DNA of 60,714 nucleotides, filler included, from Perkinsus olseni (Eukaryota), in NCBI GenBank assembly GCA_013115125.1. It is 2 parts of 2 records of this genome, joined end to end, with 100 filler letters (N's around TTAATTAATTAA, not from the genome) between each part and the next. Parts side by side here need not be neighbours in the genome. Positions count along the whole stretch, not along the records: positions 30,434 to 60,714 come from JABANN010000422.1; 1 more part is not named here. One strand, written 5' to 3'. Under the pieces are notes generated by a model. That model was not told the origin of the DNA, ran no database searches, and was given only the letters and a program-made list of their open reading frames with translations. A program made the position numbers and the translations under genes. This document shows, in pieces, positions 35,520-47,757 of this stretch (positions are counted from its first letter, which is position 1; every line of letters begins with the position of its first letter).

Positions 35520-36479
35520 GTGTTTCTAGTTATCTTTATCATGGCCATAACTCTGGTCCACGACCGCTGTGACTCTGATTGTTGTCTTGCCCTCCCACTT
35601 CAGCTGGCGACGCTCATCGCGAAGGATTCCCTTCCTGAACTTCTCATGAGAGTCTGGTCTTACACTAGAAGCACAGCACCGCACAAGCTAAGACCTGTAT
35701 CGAGCTTCACTGGTCCTGGCAGTATCCGTTGTCTCTCTGCGGCAGGGAGATCATGCTTGTTGAGTACCGCCAGGAAACTCTCCTCAACAGGAGTCACCTT
35801 CGAGAACACTCTTTTCCGTCACAGCGGTTCCGGAGTGTCTGCCGGTGTTGACGTTGGCCACGATGATTGTATATATTGCTACGACGGCCAAGTTCTGTAT
35901 CGGGTCGATCGTGCTGCCTCGCGGATAGCGAGGATTCGCGTGGCCAACGGAGTAACCCTGAGACCACTTCCCTTGCCGTTTGGTCCCTCGGAAGACTTCG
36001 TGTTTAAAGTTTATGCCTCCAACGGCAGCCTCCTCGTCTTGACCATGGGCACTGGGACTGTTTATCGTTATTCTCCCGAGACTGCCGAGTGGGTCAATCA
36101 ACTCGAAGTCGAAGGGCGGCTCTCGTCATTCGATGTGCGTGCTAGAAAGGACCTCGAGGCTGGTCATGATTTTGTATACGTTTCTGATGACCAGGAGATC
36201 ATCTATATTGTACCCGACGGCACCGTGTCCAGCACGACCGTCCCGGGCGCTCGGCTTTGCCGTCTGGTTCCTGACATTCCTGGCACAGCGTGCGTCGTTT
36301 GCACTGAAGACTCCGGTGATTCGATCTTATTGGTAGACCTCTGCGCTCAAAAGGTGCTCTGTCGCCTGGCCCACGTCAATGCTAGGGTGAGCTTCATGTG
36401 CCTCACTGACGACTGGCGTCTTCTTCTCGGCCACAACTGTGACGGAAATCACGAAGTCTCCATCCTCGAACTACTATAA
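35520..36479 (+). CDS. Hypothetical beta-propeller-like protein (likely short first exon from ~35445)
   Basis: 319-aa open frame with repeated short beta-strand/turn patterns; no family recognised. Confidence 0.55.
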   Translation: MFLVIFIMAITLVHDRCDSDCCLALPLQLATLIAKDSLPELLMRVWSYTRSTAPHKLRPVSSFTGPGSIRCLSAAGRSCLLSTARKLSSTGVTFENTLFRHSGSGVSAGVDVGHDDCIYCYDGQVLYRVDRAASRIARIRVANGVTLRPLPLPFGPSEDFVFKVYASNGSLLVLTMGTGTVYRYSPETAEWVNQLEVEGRLSSFDVRARKDLEAGHDFVYVSDDQEIIYIVPDGTVSSTTVPGARLCRLVPDIPGTACVVCTEDSGDSILLVDLCAQKVLCRLAHVNARVSFMCLTDDWRLLLGHNCDGNHEVSILELL

Positions 36480-36874
36480 CCCTCCTTCGATGGCTCTGCC
36501 GTATCATCAAACCCTCTGTACTATCAGTTTCATCCCGTTCGTCCTCCGGTTGTCGGTCCACGGTTCACGAAATGCGAACCATGATCGTGCCTCTACTACA
36601 TCCACTTCGCTGTCAACAGTAAAGCAAAGACGTCTGTACTTGCGAGGGATATGCCCAAATGCTGCACTGCGCTCCCTGCTAATATCACAACATATCATCA
36701 TATCCCCGTCAGGCGCAGTAGCCTATCTCAATCGACGGCTTTACATTCTGGTTTGAGTGTTTAGTTGCAACGCTAGTCGATGTAATACAGGCATCCCCAC
36801 TGGTTACTCAACAGTAGTCAATTCAAAACACACATTCATTGACGCATGGACGTGAATTCCAAAGAGCATCCTCG

Positions 36875-38577
36875 TCACTCATTCTTCTTCTTACTACTCT
36901 TAGTGAGGAGCCCCAAGAACAGAAGCAGCATCGCTGCCTTCACGAAGCGTAAAAGAATCTCATATTCAGCTTCGCGGGTGACGTCCTTACCGCAAACCCA
37001 GTACCACTCAGATTCATCCGCCGGATAGGTCTCGAGACATTTCAAAGTAAAGGACACATTTTCATCGACTTTAAAAGGGCAAAGATACCGCTCGCGCTTG
37101 ATGGTACCCCAGCCGACCACTTCCATCTCACCACGACAATCACGATTAGCGAAAGGTTGACCGTAGGAGTACCGGAGATTGCTGCCTGCGGTGTCGTGAA
37201 GGGTCGTCCACACAGCGGCCATCAGGAACACATAGAGCCACGCGAGGCCAAGAGTGATCATCGTAGCTGGCTTGTTATGCCGCAAAATCGCCAAGAGAGC
37301 GACGACAGATCCGGAGACGACGATGTAGGTTGCCAGTTGCGCTTGGCCGTACAACTCGTCCAATGGATGAAATAACAGCACAAATGGTATTACGAATAAT
37401 ACAGGCATCACGAAGATCGAGCTAAGTATGAAGAGGAGCGGTGTACGATACCTTGTGAAGGCATAGACCAGACCAAGGGAGGCAATCTGCGCGTAGATCC
37501 AGAAGCCAGAAGACAGAGGAACCTGTAGAAAGGAAGAAACATAGACTGGACACGTTTGGGTTCACGAGCTTACACCAGCCCTGCGAGAGAGATACGCAGG
37601 GTCCCCCTCGTGCCAGGTCCACCAGAGAAAATAAGTGCCAGTTGCGTCCAGCAGCTCATAGAGGACATGCCCGATAAGACCTGGAACAGTGATTAACAGG
37701 TGAACGATGAAGCCCCGCTGATCGTTTGGTAGGTACTGTGACAGCACTATTGTCTTGGCAGTCCCAAGAGTCCATGGTTAGAACAGGCCCTCTTTGCGCA
37801 ATATCATCGAAGATCGCAGAGGCTTTCCCTCACCTGCTACGAGGCCGAAACCGACCTTGCTCAGGAAGGTCTCAGATCGCGAAGTGGAGAAGGAGAATGC
37901 AAGCTGGAGGGACATATACTGAAGGGCTCCGTAAAGTCCAAGAAGGGGGTATCTGAATCCTGCACTATGGCCCATCGACCAGGGGCAAAGTAAAGGCAAG
38001 ACTTTACAGCGCGACTATCCTCCCCGTGAGGACGATGCATGCTTGACTGTGTAGAGCATTGTCAATCTGAGAACAGTTGTCGTTTGAGTCGGATATGAGC
38101 GAGCCTTTGTGTTCACTTGAGGATGGAGTGAAGTGAAGAACTCAACGGCGCTGCCACCGAGGAAGCACCCAATCCACAGGGTTACGGGGTTGCTGGAATG
38201 GGACTCTGCAAAGTAGATCAAGTCCATGGAAAAGTGTGTGTGAGTTTGTAGTCCAACGCCGGTTCCGGCTTAGTTAGACTCTTGCCGATGAGCTCAGTTG
38301 GGGACTCTCTGCAGCGTCGACACGCAGTGCAATTAGACAGTTTATCAGAAAAGCATGAAAATGTGAGCCCAGAACGCGGACTTCATCCCTTCGTCAACGA
38401 GCCCACTTCTGTTGACACAAGCATGAGCGAATGTGAGTATGCCGAGGAAGCAGAAGAGAGCCTCACCGGCGACGAAGCAAGGATTCAACCTGTACAGTAA
38501 ATAGCAGCAGAAAACTAAGCATGAACTTACTTCCACATCTCTAAGGGGTTGTATACCGTGAGGGCCCATGTATCCAT
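36875..38577 (-). CDS. Uncharacterised multi-pass membrane protein, multi-exon
   Basis: Exons MDTWALTVYNPLEMWK, LNPCFVAGEALFCFLGILTFAHA, LWIGCFLGGSAVEFF, YPLLGLYGALQY, LIGHVLYELLDATGTYFLWWTWH and a terminal ORF (36875-37411) with several TM segments. Confidence 0.65.
38237..38342 (+). repeat. Dispersed ~105-bp repeat, copy 2
   Basis: Colinear match to 19800-19908; lies in a probable intron of the minus-strand membrane-protein gene. Confidence 0.85.
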
Positions 38578-38823
38578 GAGCGGGTCCGGCAGATTCACAC
38601 TCTTTCCACTAGCAAGAACAGTCGCAGTCATGAAACCTTGGAAGGCAGTTTCTAATGTTAGACGAAACGCCGAAGATGGTACCGCTGAGTGACCGACTCG
38701 AACGCAAGATAGGAAGAGGGTAGGCGAGAAAGCCCCGTGCACTATGTTCAGTCTTCCACGGTTGGACTCCCACCTAGTGATAATGATGATTATAATCGTT
38801 AACAAAGTAGGTTATCCAAGCAT

Positions 38824-39798
38824 CTAAGACTCCTCCTGCAGGACGATCTGGGACGGCCTCCTCAAGAACTCCATGCCCCGGCCAATATCGTTACGAAGTT
38901 TATCCAGGGTCTCAGGTAGCCTGGATTGCTCGAAGGGAGAGAGACTCAGCGAGTGGATCTTGGACACCCCCTCGGGACCGAAGTCACAGTAGTGGGCAAA
39001 GTAGTTCACACCTTCATACGGCTCGTTGATGTAGGCAGCAGCCTTCGCTGGTTTCCCTTTCATGCCCTGAATCAGGATACCAGCGAATCTGTTTGCAGCA
39101 TAAGCCATCGAAAGTGAGGCTGAGCCCGCTCCCGCAAGAGCATCAACGACCTCGGTGACAGCGTTCTGGACATGATCATCTAGCTTAGCAATGGTAGCAT
39201 CATCAAGTTGGACATACGGAGTGGCGTGGGAGAAGACGGGTAAAATGGCACAGCCACCGTGACCACCGATCACAGGCACATCAACCTTCTCCACATCTTG
39301 GTTAGTAGCCTCAGCATAGAAGGTTCTAGCACGAGTGACGTCCAAGCTCATGAGACCCATAATCTTCCTTTTGTCGAAGACACCTACTTGCTTGTACACC
39401 TCACAGGTGATAGGCACCAGCGCGGTCTCAGGGTTGGACATGATGCACACTAGAGCAGCCGGAGCGTGCTTCGCGAACTTGAAGGAAAGATCTCTCATAA
39501 TCCTGGCGTTCACGTTGAAGAGATCGTCTCTGGTCATGCCTGGCTTCTGGGCGATGCCGGCAGTGACGATGATCATATGAGCACCATCAAGGCAATCAGC
39601 GATCTCGTCGAACCCCTGGTAGCCTGTAACCTTGGCAGGGGTGTTGATGTGGGAGAGATCGGCCACTACACCGGGGACGGGGAAGTGCGCACCGGGCACA
39701 TCATACAGAGCGACTTCGTCGATCTCAGGGTTCATCTTCAATAGAAGGGCCAACGGTCTCCCAATACCACCGGAGGCGCCGATCAGACAGACTTTCAT
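38824..39798 (-). CDS. Malate dehydrogenase family protein (mitochondrial/E. coli-type fold), paralog 1, with Gln at the specificity site
   Basis: GASGGIG Rossmann motif, ADLSHINTP, AGIAQKPGMTRDDLFNVNA, LDVTRA, VIGGH, AGAGSASLSMAYA. Confidence 0.93.
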   Translation of the reverse strand: MKVCLIGASGGIGRPLALLLKMNPEIDEVALYDVPGAHFPVPGVVADLSHINTPAKVTGYQGFDEIADCLDGAHMIIVTAGIAQKPGMTRDDLFNVNARIMRDLSFKFAKHAPAALVCIMSNPETALVPITCEVYKQVGVFDKRKIMGLMSLDVTRARTFYAEATNQDVEKVDVPVIGGHGGCAILPVFSHATPYVQLDDATIAKLDDHVQNAVTEVVDALAGAGSASLSMAYAANRFAGILIQGMKGKPAKAAAYINEPYEGVNYFAHYCDFGPEGVSKIHSLSLSPFEQSRLPETLDKLRNDIGRGMEFLRRPSQIVLQEES

Positions 39799-40366
39799 CG
39801 TTCGTCGAAATGAGAATGAACTCCTGAGAAATATCGGTCATGAGCTCCCGCGCAGCCACATATTAGCTGAGTTCAAGGCTCTCGCTCGCCTTCACCGAAC
39901 AAGGTCTGAATGGAAACCGAAAATTCCATCCAGGAAACCTTAACGCTCAGGAACAAAAACCGGACTCTTCGCCCACTTGAACCAGACAGATCGACGAACG
40001 TGCCATCCACCAACGGCTAGAATATCAAGGTGACCAAAGCAAAAATAGTAGCCGACATCGATCGCTTGCGTGCAAAAGTCCTTCGAACATGCGTGCAATG
40101 CTTTGGTTTTCAAAGCTTGAAAATACACTGCCCTGCTACTTTTCTCGGATTTAGCACATAACCCAACAGCGTTGCTGAATCACAATGAAAGGTCACTCAA
40201 CCTTATCGTTAATGCGGGCCTTAGGCCACTTCATCATTCATCACATACATACAACAGTGGGTACATAGCGATATAAAACAAGAGGAAAGGAGGAACAACA
40301 GTAACAGCAGGAGTATAGGCTACAAGAGAACTAAACCTGAAGCCTATTTCTTTAAAATAACATCAT

Positions 40367-41356
40367 CTACTGACTGTCAACACTCTTCATGAAATCAAGT
40401 CCTCTCTCAACATCTTCACGGAGTTTTTCGAGAGTTTCCACCATTCTCTTCTGCTCATGGGGGGTTAAATCCACGAGCTTCTCAACCTTCTCAACACCCT
40501 CAGGTCCAAAAGTGCAGATATGAGCGAAGAACTGTACGTCCTCATAAGGCTCGTTGACGTAAGCACAGGCTGTATGGCTCTCGCCCTTCAAACCGCGGAT
40601 AACTATACCCGCAAACTGGGCAGCTGAGTAAGCCATAGACAGGCTAGCCGACCCAGCACCAGCCAGTGCGTCAACAACCTCAGTAACTGCATTTTGAACA
40701 TGATCATCAAGTTTCTCGATGGTCTCATCATCAAGTTTGACATAAGGAGTTGCTTTAGAGAAGAGAGGGAGGATGGCACAACCACCATGACCACCGACGA
40801 CAGGAACGTCGACCTTTTCCACGTCCATACCAGTGGCTTCAGCATAGAAGGTCCTCGCACGAGTTACATCAAGGGCGGTGATACCTACGAGCTTTCGCGC
40901 GTCGTATACACCGGCCTTCTTGTAGACCTCAGCAGTGATGGGGACGAGGGCGGTCTCGGGGTTCGACAAGATGCAGACAACAGCCTTGGGAGCATACTTG
41001 GCGAAGGCAGTAGCTAAACCACGCATGATACCAGCATTGACGTTGAAGAGATCATCTCTGGACATACCAGGCTTCTGAGCGATACCGGCAGTACACACGA
41101 TAACTTTGGAACCGGTGAGCGCGGCTTCGAGCTCAGTAGGGCCAGCATACCCCTTGACCTTCGCAGGGGAGTTGATGTGAGATGAATCGGCAGCAACACC
41201 ACCAACAGGAACACGGGCTTGCTTGACATCGTACAAGGCCAGCTCAGTGATCATAGGGTTCATCTTCAACAACATGGAAAGAGGCATGCCGATGGCACCG
41301 GAAGCACCAACAAGAGTGACCTTCATGCCGCTAGTAGTCGGGGTAGTAGAACTCAT
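40367..41356 (-). CDS. Malate dehydrogenase family protein, paralog 2, with Gln at the specificity site
   Basis: GASGAIG, AGIAQKPGMSRDDLFNVNA, LDVTRA, VVGGH, AGAGSASLSMAYS. Likely start MSSTT at 41356. Confidence 0.93.
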   Translation of the reverse strand: MSSTTPTTSGMKVTLVGASGAIGMPLSMLLKMNPMITELALYDVKQARVPVGGVAADSSHINSPAKVKGYAGPTELEAALTGSKVIVCTAGIAQKPGMSRDDLFNVNAGIMRGLATAFAKYAPKAVVCILSNPETALVPITAEVYKKAGVYDARKLVGITALDVTRARTFYAEATGMDVEKVDVPVVGGHGGCAILPLFSKATPYVKLDDETIEKLDDHVQNAVTEVVDALAGAGSASLSMAYSAAQFAGIVIRGLKGESHTACAYVNEPYEDVQFFAHICTFGPEGVEKVEKLVDLTPHEQKRMVETLEKLREDVERGLDFMKSVDSQ

Positions 41357-41762
41357 GAGAAGTGGGAAATAATAATTGGAATCAAAGTAACTCAGAAGAG
41401 ACTCATTCCTTCGGCCCATGGATCAGAAGAGAAGAACAACGGAGTCACAAGGCGATGGAGCACAGACCGTGCCACAGCGCGGCGCTACGCCTAAGCTTTG
41501 TGCTAGCGTCGATTCGACTGCTTTGTGCAACCGTGTCGGCAACAACAACGGCCGCGTTCGCTCAGCGAGCCGTCCGTTGGTAAGATGTGATCTTCAGTTC
41601 CGAAATGAGAGGTCCACAACCTCATCGTCACTGCCTGAGGCAGTATCAAAGGGCACGTCAAGAGACATAGCTTAGGCCGCTGCAGCACAGGAATTTTGCA
41701 CGCATGCGCAAAAACACAAAGCGCCCAGGTTCGGTCCGCGGTGAGAACACCTCTGGAGCGGT

Positions 41763-43229
41763 TCATGGAGTTTTCATATCGACACGAACGTCTTTCCTGA
41801 ACGCGCTGAACCCCTTGATCAGCAAGGCCACCGAAGGATCTTCCGTGAGCTCAGCGTCTATCCGCAGTATTTCCAGAGACGGCAGTAAACCTTCAGTGGC
41901 GAGCGCCGGGAGGACCTTCTGTAGGCCACTTACGGTGACTCCGGAACCTGAGCGCGAGTAGGCTCACCTGTCAAAAAATCTTGGGCTGCTTCCTAGAAGA
42001 GCGTACCATTTGCTACGGTACCAATGATGACAAACGAACGGTCAGCGGTTAGTGGAAGCTAGCTCACCTCTGAGATCCAGATCCACGACGATCGGTGAAA
42101 CCGCGTCCTGTGGCTCCTCTAGTCCCTGCGAGGATGAATGGAGCACACGAAGGAGCTAGACCATCATATACGAGGAGAGCTCAAGGCGGCTTACTTGTGA
42201 TGGCGCTCCTGCTGTAGTCATAGACCGGAGTGCGGATAGTAGGGCATCAACAGCAGAGTCCGAGCTCAAGGCTCCCGGGCCGAAACCGCAGAGACGGGCT
42301 TGGTTACAGCCATCGGGTGTTGCGGCGATAAGGTCGTCGATATTGAACTGAGTACGGATTCCTCGAACATGATGGGTTCGGAGATCGCTGAGGCTTCCAC
42401 CCAGACTTCTTCGTAGCCGCATGAGGGGTCGCCCTCCTCAGTCGTTCCACTCTCCCCATTCAACCCATTGCCTGGCGAAGATGCATGCACTTCATCGATT
42501 CGCCTGATGACGCCGTTGACCGGTTTAGGACGGTCTTGCGCAGCCGTGACGCGAGCCTCGTACGCTTCAACCTCGCTTCTCAGCTCTTGTATCTGATAAG
42601 CAGCTCAGTGGTCCCGTGGGCTGGCAACGCCACTCGGGTGCCCCTCAACTCATCGCCACCAACGATAATTCCAGTGCGAGTTACTGCATGGACGCTACTG
42701 CATCGTATGGAGTGCAGTCTAGGATGCGGCGACCAGGGCTCCCCAACCATCACTCGTCGCTGATAGCCTGGGGCTTTCCTATCGAAGTCATCTGGGCAGA
42801 CATAGCCCGCTTCCGTATCGTTGCACAGTTGTACCACGATCGAGATGAACCTGCATGGCCGTAACTAGCAGTCATCCCACGCGCGTCGCTGGCCGCTAGA
42901 TTGGATTAGCGAGCGTAGAGGCTCTGCAGCAGACCCGTACGAGGGATGCCTCTCCTGGATCTCACTTCGAGCACTGTCGACTCAGCTCCAGCTCCACCTT
43001 GACACCGCCCGGACGGTTGAGTAGCTTTTGCAGGCTGTAGGCCTCGTCGAGGAGCAATCGAACCTGTACGTAAAGTCAGGTCACGCCATCAGCAACCACT
43101 TGAACTGGTGAAGATGCCTGACCATCTCACCGGACTTTTATCTGCGCTCCGACTGGGTCCCGTACCTCCACCTTGGACCAACCTTAGAGCCTCTTCAAGA
43201 TCACTCTGGGATTCATTCTCCGGAATCAT
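41763..43229 (-). CDS. Hypothetical spliced gene
   Basis: Series of open segments with GT/AG boundaries from MIPENESQSDLEEALRL to KVLPALATEGLLPSLEILRID...MKTP-stop. No family recognised. Confidence 0.35.
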
Positions 43230-43505
43230 GCCACAAACCAAAACTCTGACTCCGTAGCAACGCTAGGCCGTCTACTCTGGCCACCCTCGTGAGAACTTTG
43301 TGGCCACTCACGAGAGCTGTCATCCATTACTGTCTTCAGACCACTGTATGGCGCCCTACTGAGGCTCTTTCAGTATAAAGTTTCATCGTGTTCGACGAGT
43401 GCCTACCACGAGCCCCGCAGACACACCCGGGCCAGAAGTGACAGACTTTTGAGGACGCAACAAGACCGAGTCTCAAATTTATGAAACGATGCAAGTGTTG
43501 TGGTA

Positions 43506-45318
43506 CTAACACGAATCCTCACACAGTTCCAGTGTCTTTCGAACGAGCTCCTTCATACTAACAGCCACGGCATCATCGCTGTCACTTGCAATCTTGCAAT
43601 TCCTCAACGTCTCTATAAGATCCTCACCTCCATCCACCCCTGATGCGATGATGGCCTGCGCCGCAGTAGCGGCTCGGTATCGAACGCCCATGTCCTCGTG
43701 TTCGTCCGTGATTATCCGCGAGAGCGAAGGCACCGTCATGTCATTACGCACGGCCATGCGCGCAATGGGGAAGTCCCGCTCCTCGTCATCTTCCATCAAC
43801 AACGTCGCCAGGACCCCAGTTGCCGCAGTTCGAATCCTCAACGGCTCTGCAAAGGCCAGGGCGGTCAAGACTTTGAAGTCCTCCTCCGCGCTGCCAGTCG
43901 AGGCTGAAAACCACTGTTGCACCTTTTCTGTTGAGCTGAGGTTACACAAGACCTCCACGCCAACAGTTTGGACCCGCTCGTTCGAGCTGAATGCTAATTC
44001 CCTCACGATACCCCACGCTCTCTTGTTCGCGACAAAGGCCCGTAAATCTGGCACCGCACCCGTGAGTCTCGTCAGGGCGAGACCCGCCTCAAATTCTTCC
44101 AACTCGTTCGTAGCTGCTGGTATCTGTTTCAAGCAGGCGTCAGCGATGGTGGTGCACTGGGCGTAGGTCAAAGAGCGAGGATCAACTGATGCTCCGATCT
44201 GACAGGCAGCCTGCCGGCACAACAGTGCGGTATCACCGAAGCCGTCACTCTCGGGCGCGTCCATACCCTTGAGAAGGACGCTCAATCCCAGTTGAGCTAC
44301 CATACTCCGATCGCCCTGCTCAATGCAGAGCATGGCGAGCCCGATGGAGCACTTCCCTCTTGCTAGCGCTTTCACGCCATCCCTGGACCCCACCGCTCGC
44401 CGCAACGGTCTCACCCGTTCTGGATCGCCGAACTGGATAACCATAGGGGCCCCCTCGACCTTCTTGAGAGCGGTCTGCAAGGCCCCCAGGCTCTTCTGAG
44501 ATAAACCTTCGGCGCTGGCAGCCCTATCCAAGGGATGCTCATTCTCGCTACGCAGAAGGAAACCCGCCAGCCATCGGTATTCGACACAGTCCAAGCCTAA
44601 TAGAACTATACGCTCAGCCAAATGTGAGTCGTAAACACTCTTGAGAAAGCTCGGACTGGACGAGCCTTCTTGGGCGAGGAGGGCGCGCGCACACAGTAGG
44701 AGCCCCTTCTTCTGGGTGGAGGGACTTGGGCTGGCCAACCACTCCTCGATGGTGTGTCCTATCGCGCCACCGTCCGACTTCAGTGTGGCATCGATATCGT
44801 CTGCTTCGGCTCTGGTAGACTTGATTCCACTCACGATATCACCCCACTCCACATCATTTCCATCTGAATGATGAACGACAGTCGAGAGGGTTGCCGCAGC
44901 CACAGCGGCACAGGCTAGACTAGAGCTTGCCGAGTCGCAAGGAGCTCAGAGACGCTCCCGCGATACCCAAGGACTATGCTTTCAAGCTGACCAGGACCAA
45001 CTACTCACCTAGCAAAGAGTCCTGCAGCGTCGCCTTCATTCCTCCTAGCGCTGCGTCCACGTCTTCCTCCAAGCGTTTGCTGTCCTGAAACGATCGTTTT
45101 TCTACGCTTAGTGCGGCCAGAATCAATAGCGTTAAGCGCGGTATAACGGTGCGGAGCTTAGTTCGCCGATCGAGTCTTGGACAACCCTCGGCCGCACTCA
45201 CTTCTTTTTTGTCTGCCGAGGGGGTCCTCAAAGAGAGAAAGTAGTCTCTCAAAGCTGCTCGGAGATGGTCCTCGTTCCCTTTGGTGGGGGCACTTGATTC
45301 CCGTAGTTCGTCTACCAT
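43506..45318 (-). CDS. UCS-domain (UNC-45/CRO1/She4) myosin chaperone-like ARM protein, two exons
   Basis: ELEEFEAGLALTRLTG..LRAFVANKRAWGIVRELAFSSNERVQTVGVEVLCNL and IRTAATGVLATL follow the UCS C-terminal pattern (FEALMALTNLA...RAATECMCNL). Confidence 0.75.
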
Positions 45319-45431
45319 TCAAAAACAACCTCGAAGAAGCAGTGATGTAAAGTGGCACCTCTACTGGGCACTCAGCTGGGGGGAAAATCGGCTCAGCCCG
45401 TGACTCGGTCACAAACCTGATAATATTCATC

Positions 45432-45503
45432 GGTCCTATAGTGTAGCGGTTAGCACTCTGGACTTTGAATTTAGCGACTCGGGTTCGAATCCCGATAGGA
45501 CCT
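45432..45503 (+). tRNA. tRNA-Gln(UUG)
   Basis: GGTCCTA TA GTGT AGCGGTTA GCAC T CTGGA CT TTG AA TTTAG CGAC TCGGG TTCGAAT CCCGA TAGGACC T. Perfect acceptor and T stems, intact B box, two G-U pairs in the anticodon stem. Confidence 0.92.
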
Positions 45504-45936
45504 TTCTCGTATTGTACATAGACTAACATACTAAATTTGCCCGGCACACCACACCGCAGGCTATTTCTGATATGCCAAACATCCGGGATATTTATGCTTA
45601 ACCACAAGTACTAGCTGGGAATCTTCCGACAGCATACCTGGCGTAGTTGAGCATTCTAACAGGGTTGTACGTATTACTGGCGAGAAATCCACCTGGAAGA
45701 ACTGTCCCCTGGCGCTCTCCTACGGCGTCCCGTAGCATTCCTCTAGGGAACTATAGTCGATGCACATGGAGCCCCATGCACGACCTATCCATCACTCATC
45801 CCAACTCAACTCACTCATTGACGGACGACCGACCACTTGAACAGTCAGTTCATGCATGGACCACGACAGAAGCACAGTGACATGTTGGTAAGCGGGACAG
45901 AGCTCCCTGATAGCTGACGGCAGTGAAGACGATAAC

Positions 45937-47551
45937 TCAGCCAACACCCCAAACCCGGTCTTTGCATATGAGCAGGGAACGGAAGTTGAGGCGACCCCTA
46001 ATCGGTGGCTTTCCAAACTTAGTTGTTGAAGGATTACGAACCTGCAGCGACCGTCTCCGCTACGCCCAATAGACCAGCAACTACATCAGCTAGGCGACTT
46101 TCCTTCAACCACCCCGTCCCCGGCAAGGATCTTCCACCTCCCTCTTTCGCTCCGCACTCGACAGGATAGTCGCCGAATGGCTAAACAGGATTACTCGATC
46201 ACACGAGCGACGATTAGGACAACAAATTCACCTTGCTGCTCTTCACCGCAATGCAGGTACGCACATCCTCTGGCCGGTATTGCCCTGGTCCAGGCAACCG
46301 CGCCGACTCTCGAAGACTGGGAGAACTCCTCGTCCCCACTGCTACGGCGAATCGATCCGCTCGTCCAAATGAGTGGGCCTTGGAACCTTCCTTAACTGAG
46401 TGGAGTAGGAGAGAAGTCAGCACGAGAGTACCACAACGCACAGAACATAGAATACGTGCATCCGCAGCTCTTCCGCACAGATGGAAAATTCGTGAAATGG
46501 GAACCCCATATACACCAATACGGCAGGGAAAAACTCCCCTACCCTAGACAAGCCAGTGACTGATACTACCGATATCCCTCCATAAAGGCGGTCCCGGCCC
46601 GCTACCGGCACGGCCTTTGTTCTCCTCCTCACATCCGGGCCGTTTGACTCTGCAATACGCTCGTACGCCCAAGGAGCGTTCAGCCTCCCGGCCTTACTTA
46701 TCGTATGCTCGATGCCCCACTGAGAAGGACTTGCGCTGCCTCATGGGATCGATTGCTGATTCTCCGACGTCGCCATACTGACAATGGAGGCCGCGTGAAG
46801 AGAAATACTGAAACACAGCCCCCACTGCTACCTGTCCAGGGCCCACCTCAAGCCCATTCGCCGGCCCCTTACTAAATCGTTTGCCGGATGAGAATACCAC
46901 CGATGACGGAGGCTTCAAGGCTACATTGCCATCGACGTACTTATCCCGCGTATCAACATAGCCCGGTCCAGGGCTCTCTCTGTCCCCTACTCCCAACTGA
47001 GTCGACAAGTCAGGCCTCTGGGAGAGTGCAAAGGAGATGGCCTTGTCACGACGAAGGCTACCACCATCGCACTCGTAAGTACCGACCCCCGGGGCATCCA
47101 GGCCCTTAACAGCCTTCGAATGAACTTTAGTGATATACACACGGGACCATGACCGCTCATTCTTAGCCAAGATGGGCACCGAGGGCTCATTACGCCAGTG
47201 AGAACGAACTTGAGGACAGCCGACCGAGTCCAGCGGAACATCGTACGCACCCGGGCCAGGCACTGATGCTCCGGGCTCCTCGATACCCTGCCCGGCGTCG
47301 ATATACCTGAGGGTGGTGCAACAACGCCGATTGTACGACGATCGATGCAAAGAATGCTCCCTTGCTCGCCCATGCGACGCTTCTGACCAGCTCTCCCTTT
47401 ACTACGTTGCAAACACGCTCGGCCTGTCGTACAACGCCGTCAGGTGGACAGGTGCCGGCGCTAAGGGCGGTATAACCGATCGGACCACGGCCTCTTCTTG
47501 CTTCGTCGTGCCCCTCCCTCCTGCGGGACCACCGCCGCTGGCGTCAACCAT
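45937..47551 (-). CDS. SHIPPO/PGP-repeat (ODF3-like) axonemal protein, multi-exon
   Basis: Repeats VPGPGAY, APGVGTY, SPGPGY, VGPGQ-Y and LPGPGQY with intervening F-S/G-x-x-x-R motifs. Proposed last exon ...KDRVWGVG-stop at 45937. Confidence 0.8.
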
Positions 47552-47757
47552 AAACAAGAGATACAGAACTGCCACACACGATAAGCTGTGGTATTACAAA
47601 AGACCGTACGGAAAACGCTACATGCTGTGACACAGTTGGAAACGATTAGTTGGATCGGCGCGGCGGGCCGGAACACATGAAACATGTGTGAGTAAACCAA
47701 GTAGGTCCACGTCAAAATACAGTGAACAAGTAACAAACTAAAATTCCCTCAACGACC

